A stretch of 63,076 bases of DNA, filler included, from Octopus bimaculoides (taxonomy: Eukaryota), in NCBI RefSeq assembly GCF_001194135.2. It is 8 parts of 8 records of this genome, joined end to end, with 100 filler letters (N's around TTAATTAATTAA, not from the genome) between each part and the next. Parts side by side here need not be neighbours in the genome. Positions count along the whole stretch, not along the records: positions 50,466 to 56,798 come from NC_068982.1; positions 56,899 to 60,412 come from NW_026436274.1; positions 60,513 to 61,799 come from NW_026369296.1; positions 61,900 to 63,076 come from NC_069008.1; 4 more parts are not named here. One strand, written 5' to 3'. Position numbers and translations under genes: made by a program. Numbering within the stretch: position 1 is the stretch's first letter; each line of letters starts with the position of its first letter. The notes under the pieces are model-generated. The model saw nothing but the letters and a program-made list of their open reading frames with translations, made no database searches and had not been told where the DNA came from. This document shows positions 51,638-63,076 of the stretch, piece after piece.

Positions 51638-52724
51638 TTCCCTTCACCCTTTGATATTAATATTCGTACTTAATGTATTTTACAGTTCTAAATTTTTCTT
51701 TTGGAGACATTTGATGAGAGATAGACTTACTCTAGATTTATTATTACATGAAATCAATGTCTTCATAGTATGTTTGTGACACCAAACCGTTTTGGTGTTC
51801 CTGCAAGCACTGCATATTATGTCTGTGGAATGCTGAATCATTTGCACGTTAATTTCTTGGGCAGGCTGTTCCGTTGATTGGAGCCCACTCGTCTTTGTAA
51901 CCGACGGAGTGCCAGTTTTTAAATAAGTTTACATGTTTTTACGCATACACGGATACACACGCAAACAAAGTGAAAATACTGAAGTATAAAGAAATAAAAA
52001 TTTGTTGAATTGATCATAATTCATAGGATGGAACAAAACATTGAAGTAGGAATCAAAATATTATTTCTTTTCACAGACAATCTCGTATTTTTGAAGCTTC
52101 AGACTTTTAGTTTTTGATGTAATACGCCAGATAAACAAAGTTATTAATACCACAATAAACAAACTTAAATAACAGTGGATTGTAAAAGTCTTAAAATGTT
52201 GATTTTCGTGTAAATCCTGAAATATTCTTACGACAAATGAGGGAGAGAGGGTGAGAGGGAGAGACAAAAAGAGAGAAAATAGGAGAGAGGGAGATAGAAA
52301 AAGCGAGAGAAAAGACAGAGGGATTGAAAAACACAGAAAGGAATAGAGAGAAAGCGGAGGGCGAAGGGGAAGGAGAGAGAGGGAAAGAGAGAGATGCTGA
52401 TGATGAGAAAGAAATAAACAAAGTTGAGAGTATAATAATATTTTTCCATTTTCTCATCTTCTGTTCATATGAAAAATATACTCCTTTACAAATTTTACAG
52501 AAAGTTGCAATCATGGATAAGAAAACTATTTATAATTTTTGAAGAAAATTCATATTGAAATTTGAAAAACGATAAAGGAAAGTAGCATCAAAAAACTTTT
52601 AAAAAAAAACACATTTCTCACATAAATTCCATAATTCCGTAAAAACAAAACCTAGCAAAACTATAAAAATATTTGAAGAAATTTTCAGTGAATAGTTATT
52701 AATATTTATTTTTCCCAATTTAAA
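51278..52724. mobile_element. Foldback/non-autonomous DNA element with about 320-bp terminal inverted repeats
   Basis: About 51278-51600 is the reverse complement of about 52385-52724 (TTTAAATTGGGAAAAATAAATATTAATAACTATTCACTGAAAATTTCTTC...CATCATCAGCATCTCTC). Palindromic TTAA/TTTAAA at both ends. Confidence 0.85.
51820..51915 (+). mobile_element. SINE family C 3' fragment inside the foldback element
   Basis: TGTCTGTGGAATGCTG...GCAGGCTGTTCCGTTGAT...GTAACCGACGGAGTGCCA. Confidence 0.75.
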
Positions 52725-53384
52725 TTAATTAATTTTATTTTAGTTCACATTTTTCTCCTTTCTTTCATTCATAAAAACAATATAATGTCCATAAAGTTTT
52801 CATCTTTGCACGTCTTATCTTCCTATCATTCTTCGTCTACCTTGAAACCATGTTTGTTTTTGCTTACAGAGACGCTGTCGTCTGTATTTGCAGTGTCGTC
52901 TGCCACTGACTACGTTGCTATCAATATTATCATCATCGTCGTTGTAGTTATCATTGTCTCCACCAACCACTTCATCGAACTTACAAACATCGTGGTCGTT
53001 TCTTTCTTACAATTTCATCGCCATCACTATCGTCTTTTACTAAGTTTTCCAGAAAGAAATCGATTTTTCCAACACTATATTTTTTTATCTGTGACCCACA
53101 GCCAATTTTCGAAGCGCCTTTATTCAATCACGTTCTTATCTTAGTTCCTTTTATATTCAATTCCAACGTGATTTCTCATTTGTATCTGTTCGAATAATTA
53201 TAGCAAATTCTATATATGGTCGAAATGGCTTCCAATTTTTGAGTTTTGATACAGAATTTTGATTGAATTTCTTGTTTGGAACATCTGCACAATGTTGCTG
53301 CCGCTGCAGTTTTACCATGGTTTGTGTTCGTTTTTTTCGAATCTCATTTTAGATTTTTCAACTTTTCTCCCTTTTTTGCACATG

Positions 53385-53441
<57 letters not shown>

Positions 53442-54009
53442 TCTGTATTTTTTTTTGATTGAACCATTTATAAACAAATTTCAAAACAAAATATAGCTGA
53501 TGTCTTTTTTTTTAGATTTATTTCAGCATGTAAAAAGAAATAAACCACATACATACATACATACATACACATATAAAAAAATAATATTCTTCACGTCTCT
53601 TTATTACTAGCTGTTTCATAATCTTTCTCATTCATTCGACCAATCAGACCGTCAACTTCTCAACTGCAACTAAAGAAATAAAGAAGGGAAAAATTGAAGC
53701 GAATAAGCAAATACTAAGTGATGTAAAGGGAAAGACACCATTAGAAACAGCAAAAAAAAAAAAAGCGTGGTGGGGTGGGGGTGAAATTCTGTAGAAAGCA
53801 AAGGAAGAAAGCATGGATATATATATCGCAAAAACTGGAAACGAAGTGAAGGAAAAACATGGAAAAGGCCATCATCAGTTAAGAAAGATGGTTGCAATAG
53901 AAAATATAAATGTACACCAATGGATGGTGTTTCTGTATTTTACAAATAGACACTGCAACATATAAGTATGTTTTGTACCATATAGGTACAAAACACACAC
54001 ATACACGCA

Positions 54010-54191
<182 letters not shown>

Positions 54192-54224
54192 CGTGTGTGT
54201 ATAGACATACATGAAGACCACATC

Positions 54225-54360
54225 GAACGTACATAAAGCAACTGTGCCAAAGATTCCGAGTGCACCCCTGAAGAGCCACCACACCCAATGGAGGACCGGA
54301 CAGATTGGAGAAAACGAGTCACGACGATCCGTGCAATAAGCACGACCGGATGATGATGAT
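54225..54360 (+). mobile_element. 3' terminus of an RTE-like LINE
   Basis: MEDRTDWRKRVTTIRAISTTG* followed by a (GAT)n tail, matching the RTE C-terminal DR..WR..V pattern. Confidence 0.55.
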
Positions 54361-54524
54361 ACATATGTCTATACACACACGTTCGCGCGCAGTGGGTGTT
54401 CGGGCTAAATTTGACGGTTCCTATGTCTCCTCTTTTTCGAGAACAGCTTGATGTACTGGTCATTGGTGAACAGTGAACAGCATTGGAAAGCATAAGGATT
54501 TAAGTCGTAGTTGAGAAAATGTTA

Positions 54525-55122
54525 GCTGACATGAAGGATTGGAAGCCATCTGAGTATTGGGAAAGAGTTTTCTGAATCATGATATTTCGCATTTGGTATC
54601 AAAATGGTGACATCTTCACTGCAGTACAGAGCTCTTCATGACGTGACATTGATAGCTGCAGCGGTGACTACGAAACCGTGGCCAGGAAGGTAAACGTTCT
54701 GACTGAGTCTGTACGCCGGAATCCATTCTTAGGCTCGATTCAGACGGCTATGGGGAGCTACTAGAGACTGTGATCAAATCCTGGCTGAAGAGAGTTGCCG
54801 CTGGCAAGCCATATGTGTGGCAGCAGGATTGGGCTCGCTACCATTCCTCCAGAAAGATTCAGAAATGGTTATCGAAGAATTTCTAGGATGTCACCAGCCC
54901 CAGTTTCTGGTCACCTGATTCCGCTGATTATAATCCTACGCATTGCTATGCGCGGTGCGCGGTTGACAAAGACAACCGATCTCCCTGCCGTATCAAGGCC
55001 AAGTTGGTGGTCAAGGTCAAGGAGGTGTTTGTAGATCTTCCCGAGGATACAGTGAGGAACGCGTGCACCAAGTTCAGGAGACGTTTTGAGGCCGTGGTGG
55101 AAGCTAAGGGCCAGCAATTTTA
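54525..55122 (+). mobile_element. Internally deleted maT-like (DD37D) transposase remnant
   Basis: N-terminus MKDWKPSEYW...GDYETVARK joined to LRLDSDGY.ELLETVIKSWLKRVAAGKPYVWQQD...FWSPDSADYNPT...NACTKFRRRFEAVVEAKG. 37 residues lie between the QQD aspartate and the position of the third catalytic D (here H). Confidence 0.8.
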
Positions 55123-55139
55123 AGGGGAAACAGTTAAGC

Positions 55140-55284
55140 GATTACATGCACCCCGAAAAGATGAAAGTCTAAGTTGATTTGAACGTCAAGAGCCGGAGTA
55201 AATGTTGCTAAGCATTTTGTCCGATGCTCTGACGATTCTGCTAGCTTGCCACCTTTATACTACTACTACTACTACTACTACTAC

Positions 55285-55331
<47 letters not shown>

Positions 55332-56385
55332 CTTCCTACTACAAGTACAAGTTCTGAAGCCGTGGGGGAGGGGCAGTCGATTACATCGACACCAGCGCTT
55401 ATCTGGCTATTACTTTATCGACCCCGAAAGGGTAAAAAGCAGCGTCAACATCAGCGGTATTTGAGCTCAGAACTTAGTGGGGGAAATGTCACGAAGCACA
55501 TTGTCCACTGCACTAAATAAAATGTTGTTCGTGTTATTAATATTAATGTAAGGTAGCGAACTGGCAGAATCGTTAGCGCGTTGGACGAAATGCTTAGGGG
55601 TAATTCGTCTGTCATTAAGTTCTGAGTTCAAATTCCGCCGAGGTCGGCTTTGCCTTTCATCCTTTCGGGGTCGATAAATTAAGTACCGGTAAAACACTGG
55701 GGTCGATCTAATCGACTGGCCCTCTTCACTCAAAATTTCGGGCCTTGTACCTAGAGTAGAAAAGAATATTAATATTAGGTGGCGAGCTGGCAGAATCGGT
55801 AGCACGCTGGACGAAATGCTTTGTTCAAATCTTGGGTTCAAATTCCGCCGAGGTCGGCTTTGCCTTTTATCCTTTCGGGGTCAATAAATTAAGCGCCAGT
55901 GAAATTCTAGGGGCATTGCAATCGACTAGCCCCACTCCCCCTAAAAACTTCAGGCCTTGTGCCTATAATAGAAAGGGTCATTAGCATTAATGTATTTTAC
56001 TTCAATCTTGTGGGACGACGACTTTGTCTTTCATCGTTTCAGGATTGATGAAATAAAGTACCAGTTATATACTGGGCTCAATATAATCAGCTACACCCTC
56101 CTTCCTTCTAAAATGTGTCACCTTGTCGCTATGTAAGCCATCAATGATACCCTTATTCATATGGTGGTCAACTGGAAGAATCGTTAATACGCCGGACAAG
56201 ATGCTTACACGCATTTCGTCCGTCTTTTTTACGTTCACGGTTTAAATTCCACCGCGATCAACGTTGCCTTTTATTCTTTCAAGGGTCGAAAAAATAAGTA
56301 CCAGTTGAGTACTGGGGTCGATGCAATCGACTTTGGAACCCCATCCTCGAAACTGCTGGCCTAGGGGCAAAATTTCAAACCAATA
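55140..56385. mobile_element. Pile-up of about 6 SINE family D copies in both orientations
   Basis: Minus copies at about 55140-55255 and 55330-55510. Plus copies at about 55550-55770, 55777-55980, 55995-56140 (fragment) and 56165-56385. Confidence 0.85.
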
Positions 56386-56686
56386 GTACTGTTGTTCATA
56401 TTGTTACTATTGTAGTAAGGAAACACTGATGCTGGTGGCGGTGGTGGCGATATTTGTGAGGGTGATGGTGATGGTGATGGTGATGATGATGTTTTCAAAA
56501 TGAAGTTCTGTTTGTTAATGTTGTTGTTGTGAAACCTTTTCACTGCCGTTGTTGTTGTTGTTGTTGTTGTTGATTTTCTTATTTCTGTCAAGTATTTATT
56601 TTGGAACTGATTTTTATTCCCCCCCCTCTTTTTGCTGTTGTTATTGCAATTAATGTTGCTGTTATTGTCGCTGCTGCTGCTGCTGC

Positions 56687-56718
<32 letters not shown>

Positions 56719-56898
56719 CGTATCACTAAAAGCTTTCAACGGTTTTATTGTAGAAAACAAACACCAAATTGCAAAGCACCCGATTCGAGAGAGAGAGANN
56801 NNNNNNNNNNNNNNNNNNNNNNNNNNNNNNNNNNNNNNNNNNTTAATTAATTAANNNNNNNNNNNNNNNNNNNNNNNNNNNNNNNNNNNNNNNNNNNN

Positions 56899-57049
56899 GG
56901 TTAAGGTCAAACAACTGACAAGCAAATATTGAGTAGAATATTTGCTGTAGCCCATCTTTTATACCAAGACAAAACAACGTACATGATAACACTTCCAATC
57001 AATTAAGATCAGAAGCCATGAGAGCCACTGCCTGGTACTGAATCAGGGC

Positions 57050-57096
<47 letters not shown>
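56899..57096 (+). repeat. Unclassified interspersed repeat end with (ATT)n tail
   Basis: ...GATCAGAAGCCATGAGAGCCACTGCCTGGTACTGAATCAGGGCAT(TTA)n; recalled as a common cephalopod repeat. Confidence 0.45.
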
Positions 57097-57097
<1 letters not shown>

Positions 57098-58120
57098 AGT
57101 CTGTGACCTCTTCAACGACTTCCTGTCCCTCGTGTCTCCGCTTTTCTTGTCTCTTCCATTTTGTCTTGCTGCTTAATAGTCTTCACCCTGTACACAGGCA
57201 GCCATAGGGTACAGTTTATTTTCCACAGTCCTGGGGCAGATGGGGTTGTCAGCTGTGTTTGTTGCTGGTTTATGGATGAACCCTAATAGCTATTAAGTTT
57301 GTGGTCCTTGTTGCATCAGACCAATACCAAATCTGAAGGGCAAGAGAGTAAGGGATTATCTCTGCACACACCATATCCGCAACGATAATATTCATCGTGT
57401 GCAGGTTGTTAAGCAAACCAAGACACCCGCACCGACCTCATCAGACTTTCTTTGTAAATCCTGTGGCGAAAAGGAAAGAAGCGACAGGGACAGGCGAAGG
57501 ATGCTGCCTCTGGAAGTCTTCCGCTTTGATTTTGAACACTGTTAGCCATGAGGCGATGGNNNNNNNNNNNNNNNNNNNNNNNNNNNNNNNNNNNNNNNNN
57601 NNNNNNNNNNNNNNNNNNNNNNNNNNNNNNNNNNNNNNNNNNNNNNNNNNNNNNNNNNNNNNNNNNNNNNNNNNNNNNNNNNNNNNNNNNNNNNNNNNNN
57701 NNNNNNNNNNNNNNNNNNNNNNNNNNNNNNNNNNNNNNNNNNNNNNNNNNNNNNNNNNNNNNNNNNNNNNNNNNNNNNNNNNNNNNNNNNNNNNNNNNNN
57801 NNNNNNNNNNNNNNNNNNNNNNNNNNNNNNNNNNNNNNNNNNNNNNNNNNNNNNNNNNNNNNNNNNNNNNNNNNNNNNNNNNNNNNNNNNNNNNNNNNNN
57901 NNNNNNNNNNNNNNNNNNNNNNNNNNNNNNNNNNNNNNNNNNNNNNNNNNNNNNNNNNNNNNNNNNNNNNNNNNNNNNNNNNNNNNNNNNNNNNNNNNNN
58001 NNNNNNNNNNNNNNNNNNNNACCACCACCACCACCACCGCCAGCACCACCATCGTTACTACTACTACCACCACCACCTCCACCGCCACCACCACTACCAC
58101 CACCATCACCACCAGCAGTA

Positions 58121-58166
<46 letters not shown>

Positions 58167-58944
58167 GTAATTGTTGTTGTTTGGCTCCGGGTCAGATTGA
58201 GCCAGTAAACCTATGGATCAAAGGTTCTCTTTCCTTTCATTCAAGTCTTTTCTAATTTCTGAAAGGCTGGTGTCTGTGTCGTTAACAAATTCGCCGCCCA
58301 ACACCGCGGTTTCGGGTTCAGTTCCACAATTTTCAGTGAAAAGCAGATAAGGGTGCGATTTGAGAGGTATTTGACTGCTATTTCTTACAGCTCAGTGTCG
58401 ACCGTGTAGGTTGTCATTTGTGCACGGTGTTGTTATTGTTGTTGTTATTGCCGGGTGTCGGGTGTCTGTGACAGGGGGACGGGGTCGGTCGGTCTACTTA
58501 CGTCATACACTAACTTACGACTTACAAACTGTTGACGGATCGGTTTGAACTCAAAAGAAGCAACGAAGAACATAGGAAGGAAGATAAACGAACAATACAT
58601 CGCTGCCAAACACGACGACGACCACCACCACCACCACCACTTCCGCGAGATCCACCCTCACCGCCGCCACCAGAGCTGCCACCATCAGCAGTAGGAGCAG
58701 CAGTACCACCACCACAACAACAACCATCAACGCTACCACCACCACCACGACCAACACCATATGTGTCTGTGTGCACATACACACACATATGTACGCACAT
58801 GCATATATATGTACATACACACATATATATATGCACATACACATACACACACATATATGTGCATACACACCCACGTACACCCACGTATATATATGTACAT
58901 ACACACGCACACATATATGTACACACACATGCATACATATATAT

Positions 58945-58982
<38 letters not shown>

Positions 58983-59149
58983 CCACATACACATACACAA
59001 ACACACACGTGTGTATGTATAAATACGTTTATGTATTTCTTCTGTAAGATTCTTGTTGTGAAATCGTGTGTTGAAACAGATATTGTTTTATTGAGGGATG
59101 GCAATCTTTTGCCAATTAAACACTCAATATTTATTTGATCTTCACTTTA

Positions 59150-59428
59150 TTGAGCAGTGCATGCCATCAAAGTGACACTGGGGTAAAATATACGAAACCC
59201 ATTATACCCATCATGACTACCCGTCTGATAAGGGTACACCAGGTACATGCATCACAACCATATGTGCGTGACATGGCGATCTCATATCAAGATAAACAGC
59301 GCATGACCTTGCAGGTGGGGCCCAGTTAGAATTTTCTTCAGGTCGAGTAGCCCATCCCGCTCAAAAGATCCCTGAATAAGTTTTGTTTAAGGATGTTGAG
59401 CAAAACACCCATGTTTCCAAAGGTGAAT
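59150..59428. repeat. Second copy of the repeat at 35622-35940
   Basis: Direct alignment by eye. Confidence 0.85.
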
Positions 59429-59997
59429 NNNNNNNNNNNNNNNNNNNNNNNNNNNNNNNNNNNNNNNNNNNNNNNNNNNNNNNNNNNNNNNNNNNNNNNN
59501 NNNNNNNNNNNNNNNNNNNNNNNNNNNNNNNNNNNNNNNNNNNNNNNNNNNNNNNNNNNNNNNNNNNNNNNNNNNNNNNNNNNNNNNNNNNNNNNNNNNN
59601 NNNNNNNNNNNNNNNNNNNNNNNNNNNNNNNNNNNNNNNNNNNNNNNNNNNNNNNNNNNNNNNNNNNNNNNNNNNNNNNNNNNNNNNNNNNNNNNNNNNN
59701 NNNNNNNNNNNNNNNNNNNNNNNNNNNNNNNNNNNNNNNNNNNNNNNNNNNNNNNNNNNNNNNNNNNNNNNNNNNNNNNNNNNNNNNNNNNNNNNNNNNN
59801 NNNNNNNNNNNNNNNNNNNNNNNNNNNNNNNNNNNNNNNNNNNNNNNNNNNNNNNNNNNNNNNNNNNNNNNNNNNNNNNNNNNNNNNNNNNNNNNNNNNN
59901 NNNNNNNNNNNNNNNNNNNNNNNNNNNNNNNNNNNNNNNNNNTGTCTCTGCCAATGACATCGATAGAGTTCAGCGGTCTTCGTCTTTTATTTCAAAA

Positions 59998-60213
59998 TAT
60001 TGGTTTCAAATTTTATCACAAGGCCAGCAATTTCGGAAGTGGTGAGTTACTCAGTTACTTCGGCCTCAGTACTCAACTGGTACTTAATTTATCGACCCCG
60101 AAAGGATGAAAAGCAAAGTCGTCCCCGGCGGAATTTGAACTTAGAGCGCAGAGACAAATAAAACGTCGCTAAGCATTTCGCCCGGCGTGCTAACGATTCT
60201 GCCAGCACCGCCC
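59998..60213 (-). mobile_element. SINE family D
   Basis: TTATCGACCCCGAAAGGATGAAAAGCAAAGTC...GCTAAGCATTTCGCCCGGCGTGCTAACGATTCTGCCAGC. Confidence 0.88.
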
Positions 60214-60664
60214 TTTTTTTTTCTTTTAATTCCAAAATATTAACAACAGAATGACCTGGTTGTCAGCACGAATTCAGTGACTACCGTCATCATGATCCTG
60301 ATCATCGTCGTCATGACCACCAAAACCACCACCACCAACAACAGCAACACCAACACCACCAGCACCACCAAACCACCTCCACCACTACCAGCATCATCAA
60401 AACCATCATCACNNNNNNNNNNNNNNNNNNNNNNNNNNNNNNNNNNNNNNNNNNNNTTAATTAATTAANNNNNNNNNNNNNNNNNNNNNNNNNNNNNNNN
60501 NNNNNNNNNNNNGGTGGAGAACTTATTTAAATGTTCTTATACATTTATAAACATAATTAAGGGATCAGCAAACAGTTGCTTCACCACATACCGAAGTTCA
60601 GAAATAGCAGCTAAAAAGCTGAGACTCCAACAGATAACATTACTTGTAACTCACAAAGGAAAAA

Positions 60665-61016
60665 CAAGGCGAAAAAACAATGAAAACCAACCAGTCGAAG
60701 TTAATCATAGACGCGTTTCTGGATTAGGAGCGATAACACTCCATTTCCTTCATCGGTGTGATATTCTAGTTGTGACGCACATGGTAATTTCTTGAGGAGG
60801 AATAGTGGACTGGATGGCCGAGGTAGGTTCGGATGTGTTTTCAGGTTGTGCCGATGCATGATGTTCACTCGTTCATGCATGCACAGTTTGATGGCACCGT
60901 CGAATTTACAACTAGAATATCATACCGATGAAGAAAATGGATTGTTATCGCTCCTAATCCAGAAACGCGTCTATGATTAACTTCGACTGGTTAGTTTTCA
61001 TTGTTTTTTCTTCTTG
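60665..61016. mobile_element. Inverted repeat (arms about 110 bp) in which each arm carries a degenerate type I hammerhead; probable inverted Penelope-like pLTR pair
   Basis: Arms 60665-60773 / 60908-61016. Plus arm: AUCAUA-CCGAUGA-...-GAAACGCGUC-UAUGAU (60919-60977). Mirror copy on minus at 60704-60762. Confidence 0.7.
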
Positions 61017-61039
61017 GATATGCAGGGAATGGCATTGAA

Positions 61040-61720
61040 CAATTTGGGGATCACTTGCACTCGAGATCGTGGCGCTCCCACATTCATGAACCTACGACCA
61101 TTATTGGCACTGGGTATCTTGCCTTAGTTCGTCTCATTTGAATAGGGTGGAGAGGGCGTATGTTCAAGTCTTATTGGACCCAATATTTTGCACAGGCGAT
61201 GCTGATTAATTTTTATCGACATTGCTGCTTAATTTTATCTTCACACTTAGATACATGAACACCTTTCAGCTATTTTGTTTATGATATCGTTTGGAATTCT
61301 TATATTTTATTTTTGTGCAACATATCAAAATTGTTTATAAACGTCTCCCCGTCGTGCCCCTAATAAATTCCCTGTATTCGCTTCTTAAATCTCTTAGTAT
61401 CTTGCCCCTTTAACTGGTAATGAACATCATGTTTCATAGTCCAACTCTACCCGGCCTTTATTTTCATAGACAATTCTTCTGTCAAACTGACTATTCCTAA
61501 TCTCTTACTTCCTTTCTCTTGGGGAAAAGGGATAATTATGATATTATTTATGACCTAGCCATGAGCTGACAACTTACTCTTGTTCTTTACTCAAAATGGA
61601 CACAGTCATCTAGTTTTTGTTTTAACGGATGACAAAGAGATAAATAAATTAGAAATGAATTACAACTCTCACTATGCACCATGCGATCCTAAGAAATTGC
61701 AGTATATTTTTAGACACTCT
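61040..61720 (-). mobile_element. Old CR1/L2-like LINE RT C-terminal remnant
   Basis: Minus strand EKEVRDLGIV and PKLFNA remnants; highly degraded. Confidence 0.4.
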
Positions 61721-62075
61721 GCCACAAAAACGATAATATGAATTTCCTCTAATTTCTTGCTCTCTTACAATGTTTAAGAAAATTTATATTAATAAGTCCN
61801 NNNNNNNNNNNNNNNNNNNNNNNNNNNNNNNNNNNNNNNNNNNTTAATTAATTAANNNNNNNNNNNNNNNNNNNNNNNNNNNNNNNNNNNNNNNNNNNNG
61901 CAGCGATGGGGAGCACTGATGGATCTGGATGGATTTATACAGGATGAACCCACTAACTTGGCTTACCTCAGTCCCATCACACAAGAGCATGAAGCTAAGA
62001 AACTATATAAATACTGTAACCTTGAGATTTTAAATAATTTTATCAATTACTCACATTATAACAATCTTAAAACAA

Positions 62076-62225
62076 GGTGCAAGCATGGTTGCGTGGTAAG
62101 AAGTTTGCTTCCCAACCACATGGTTTCAGGTTCAGTCCCACTGCTTGGCACCTTGGGCAAGTGTCTTTTTCCATAGTCTCAGGTTCACCAAAGCCTTGTG
62201 AGTGGATTTAGTATATGGAAACTGT
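62076..62225 (+). mobile_element. SINE family A 5' half
   Basis: GTGGTAAGAAGTTTGCTTCCCAACCACATGGTTTCAGGTTCAGTCCCACTGC...CCAAAGCCTTGTGAGTGGATTT. Confidence 0.85.
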
Positions 62226-62890
62226 ATATGCGAGGTGGTATCAAAAAATTCTTTAGAACCAAACACATTGTTCTTCATGATCTCTATAGCAAAATAGTAA
62301 CATTTCCACTGTTGTATGTTCACATTTTAAGTGTCCTCTATGTCTTGTTTCTCTGTTATTTCAGAATATCAGTTAACTTTGGCATCAAAGAATTGTTTGC
62401 ATCAGAAAAATCAATATTTATCATCTGTTAAAAGCTCCAAGATGGTTACGGCCAACGGTAGTTTTTAGTTATCTCACCCCTGTTATATGGACTGTTAGAT
62501 TTGTTTGTTGTTCGTCTGAGGTCCCATATTTCAATGTGGTTCGTCTGGGGTCCTTGTTTCGTTGTTGTTTTGTGTGACTGTCGAAGTTGAAGATTATTGA
62601 TATATATGGTGGGGACAAGATTCTTGTTTCTTAACAACGAACATTCAGTGAGTGCGTTCTTTATTTATAATTAATAAATAAATGTAATAACTAAGTTGTA
62701 CAACTCGTCTTTTCTCTGTGAGTCCCCCGAGAGGAATTCAACAACCCCCATTAAAAAATTGCCATTAAAAACTGGGTTATCTCCCCACTAAAACATTGAG
62801 TTAATGTGGCAACAAGAGATTGGATTAAAAGAGTTAGATTCTTTTGATTCAGTACTTCAACACGTTGATGATTAGCCTCCTCAAAAGGCA

Positions 62891-63076
62891 TTGTAGGTTT
62901 TGTTATAAAAATGTTATCAGATTCAGTAAGGCGTTTAATTTTTTTCAGCTTCCATGTTTATTAATCTTTTCAGTTTTGTAGGATTTGTTATAAAAATGTT
63001 ATCAGATTCAGTAAGGCGTTTAATTTTTTTCAGCTTCCATGTTTATTAATCTTTTCAGTTTTGTAGGATTTGTTAT
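62891..63076 (+). repeat. 85-bp tandem repeat, at least 2.2 essentially identical units, continuing past the window end
   Basis: TGTTATAAAAATGTTATCAG... starts at 62901 and 62986; TGTTAT starts again at 63071. Confidence 0.9.

Noticed and set aside
57425-57450. Minus-strand CUGAUGAG as a hammerhead core
   Set aside because: No stem II-GAAA or stem III partner nearby

Overview
AT-rich, microsatellite-dense, repeat-dominated animal DNA. The SINE, LINE and DNA-transposon repertoire points to a cephalopod, most likely Octopus (inference from remembered repeat families, not a database search). No intact host gene, rRNA, true tRNA gene or CRISPR array is supported. The window is not continuous. 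Seven 100-bp linkers (44 N + TTAATTAATTAA + 44 N) join at least eight independent contigs, so adjacency across a linker means nothing. Content: four tRNA-headed SINE families (my labels A-D); decayed RLE-type LINEs (a Hero-like element with RT, CCHC and RLE domains, a second Hero-like 5' piece, three R4/Dong-like pieces); RTE and CR1-like LINE pieces; mariner (DD34D), Tc1 (DD34E) and maT (DD37D) transposase remnants; several MITE/foldback elements, including a Merlin-like MITE with an 8-bp TSD nested in a SINE; and one weak candidate exon. The most interesting signals are hammerhead-ribozyme-like RNAs. One is a complete core arranged as a non-circular permutation in the Hero-like 3' UTR (44007-44091, minus). 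One is a Penelope-style type I hammerhead (30840-30900, minus). Two more lie as an inverted pair at 60704-60977. Boundaries of decayed elements are approximate, read by eye.
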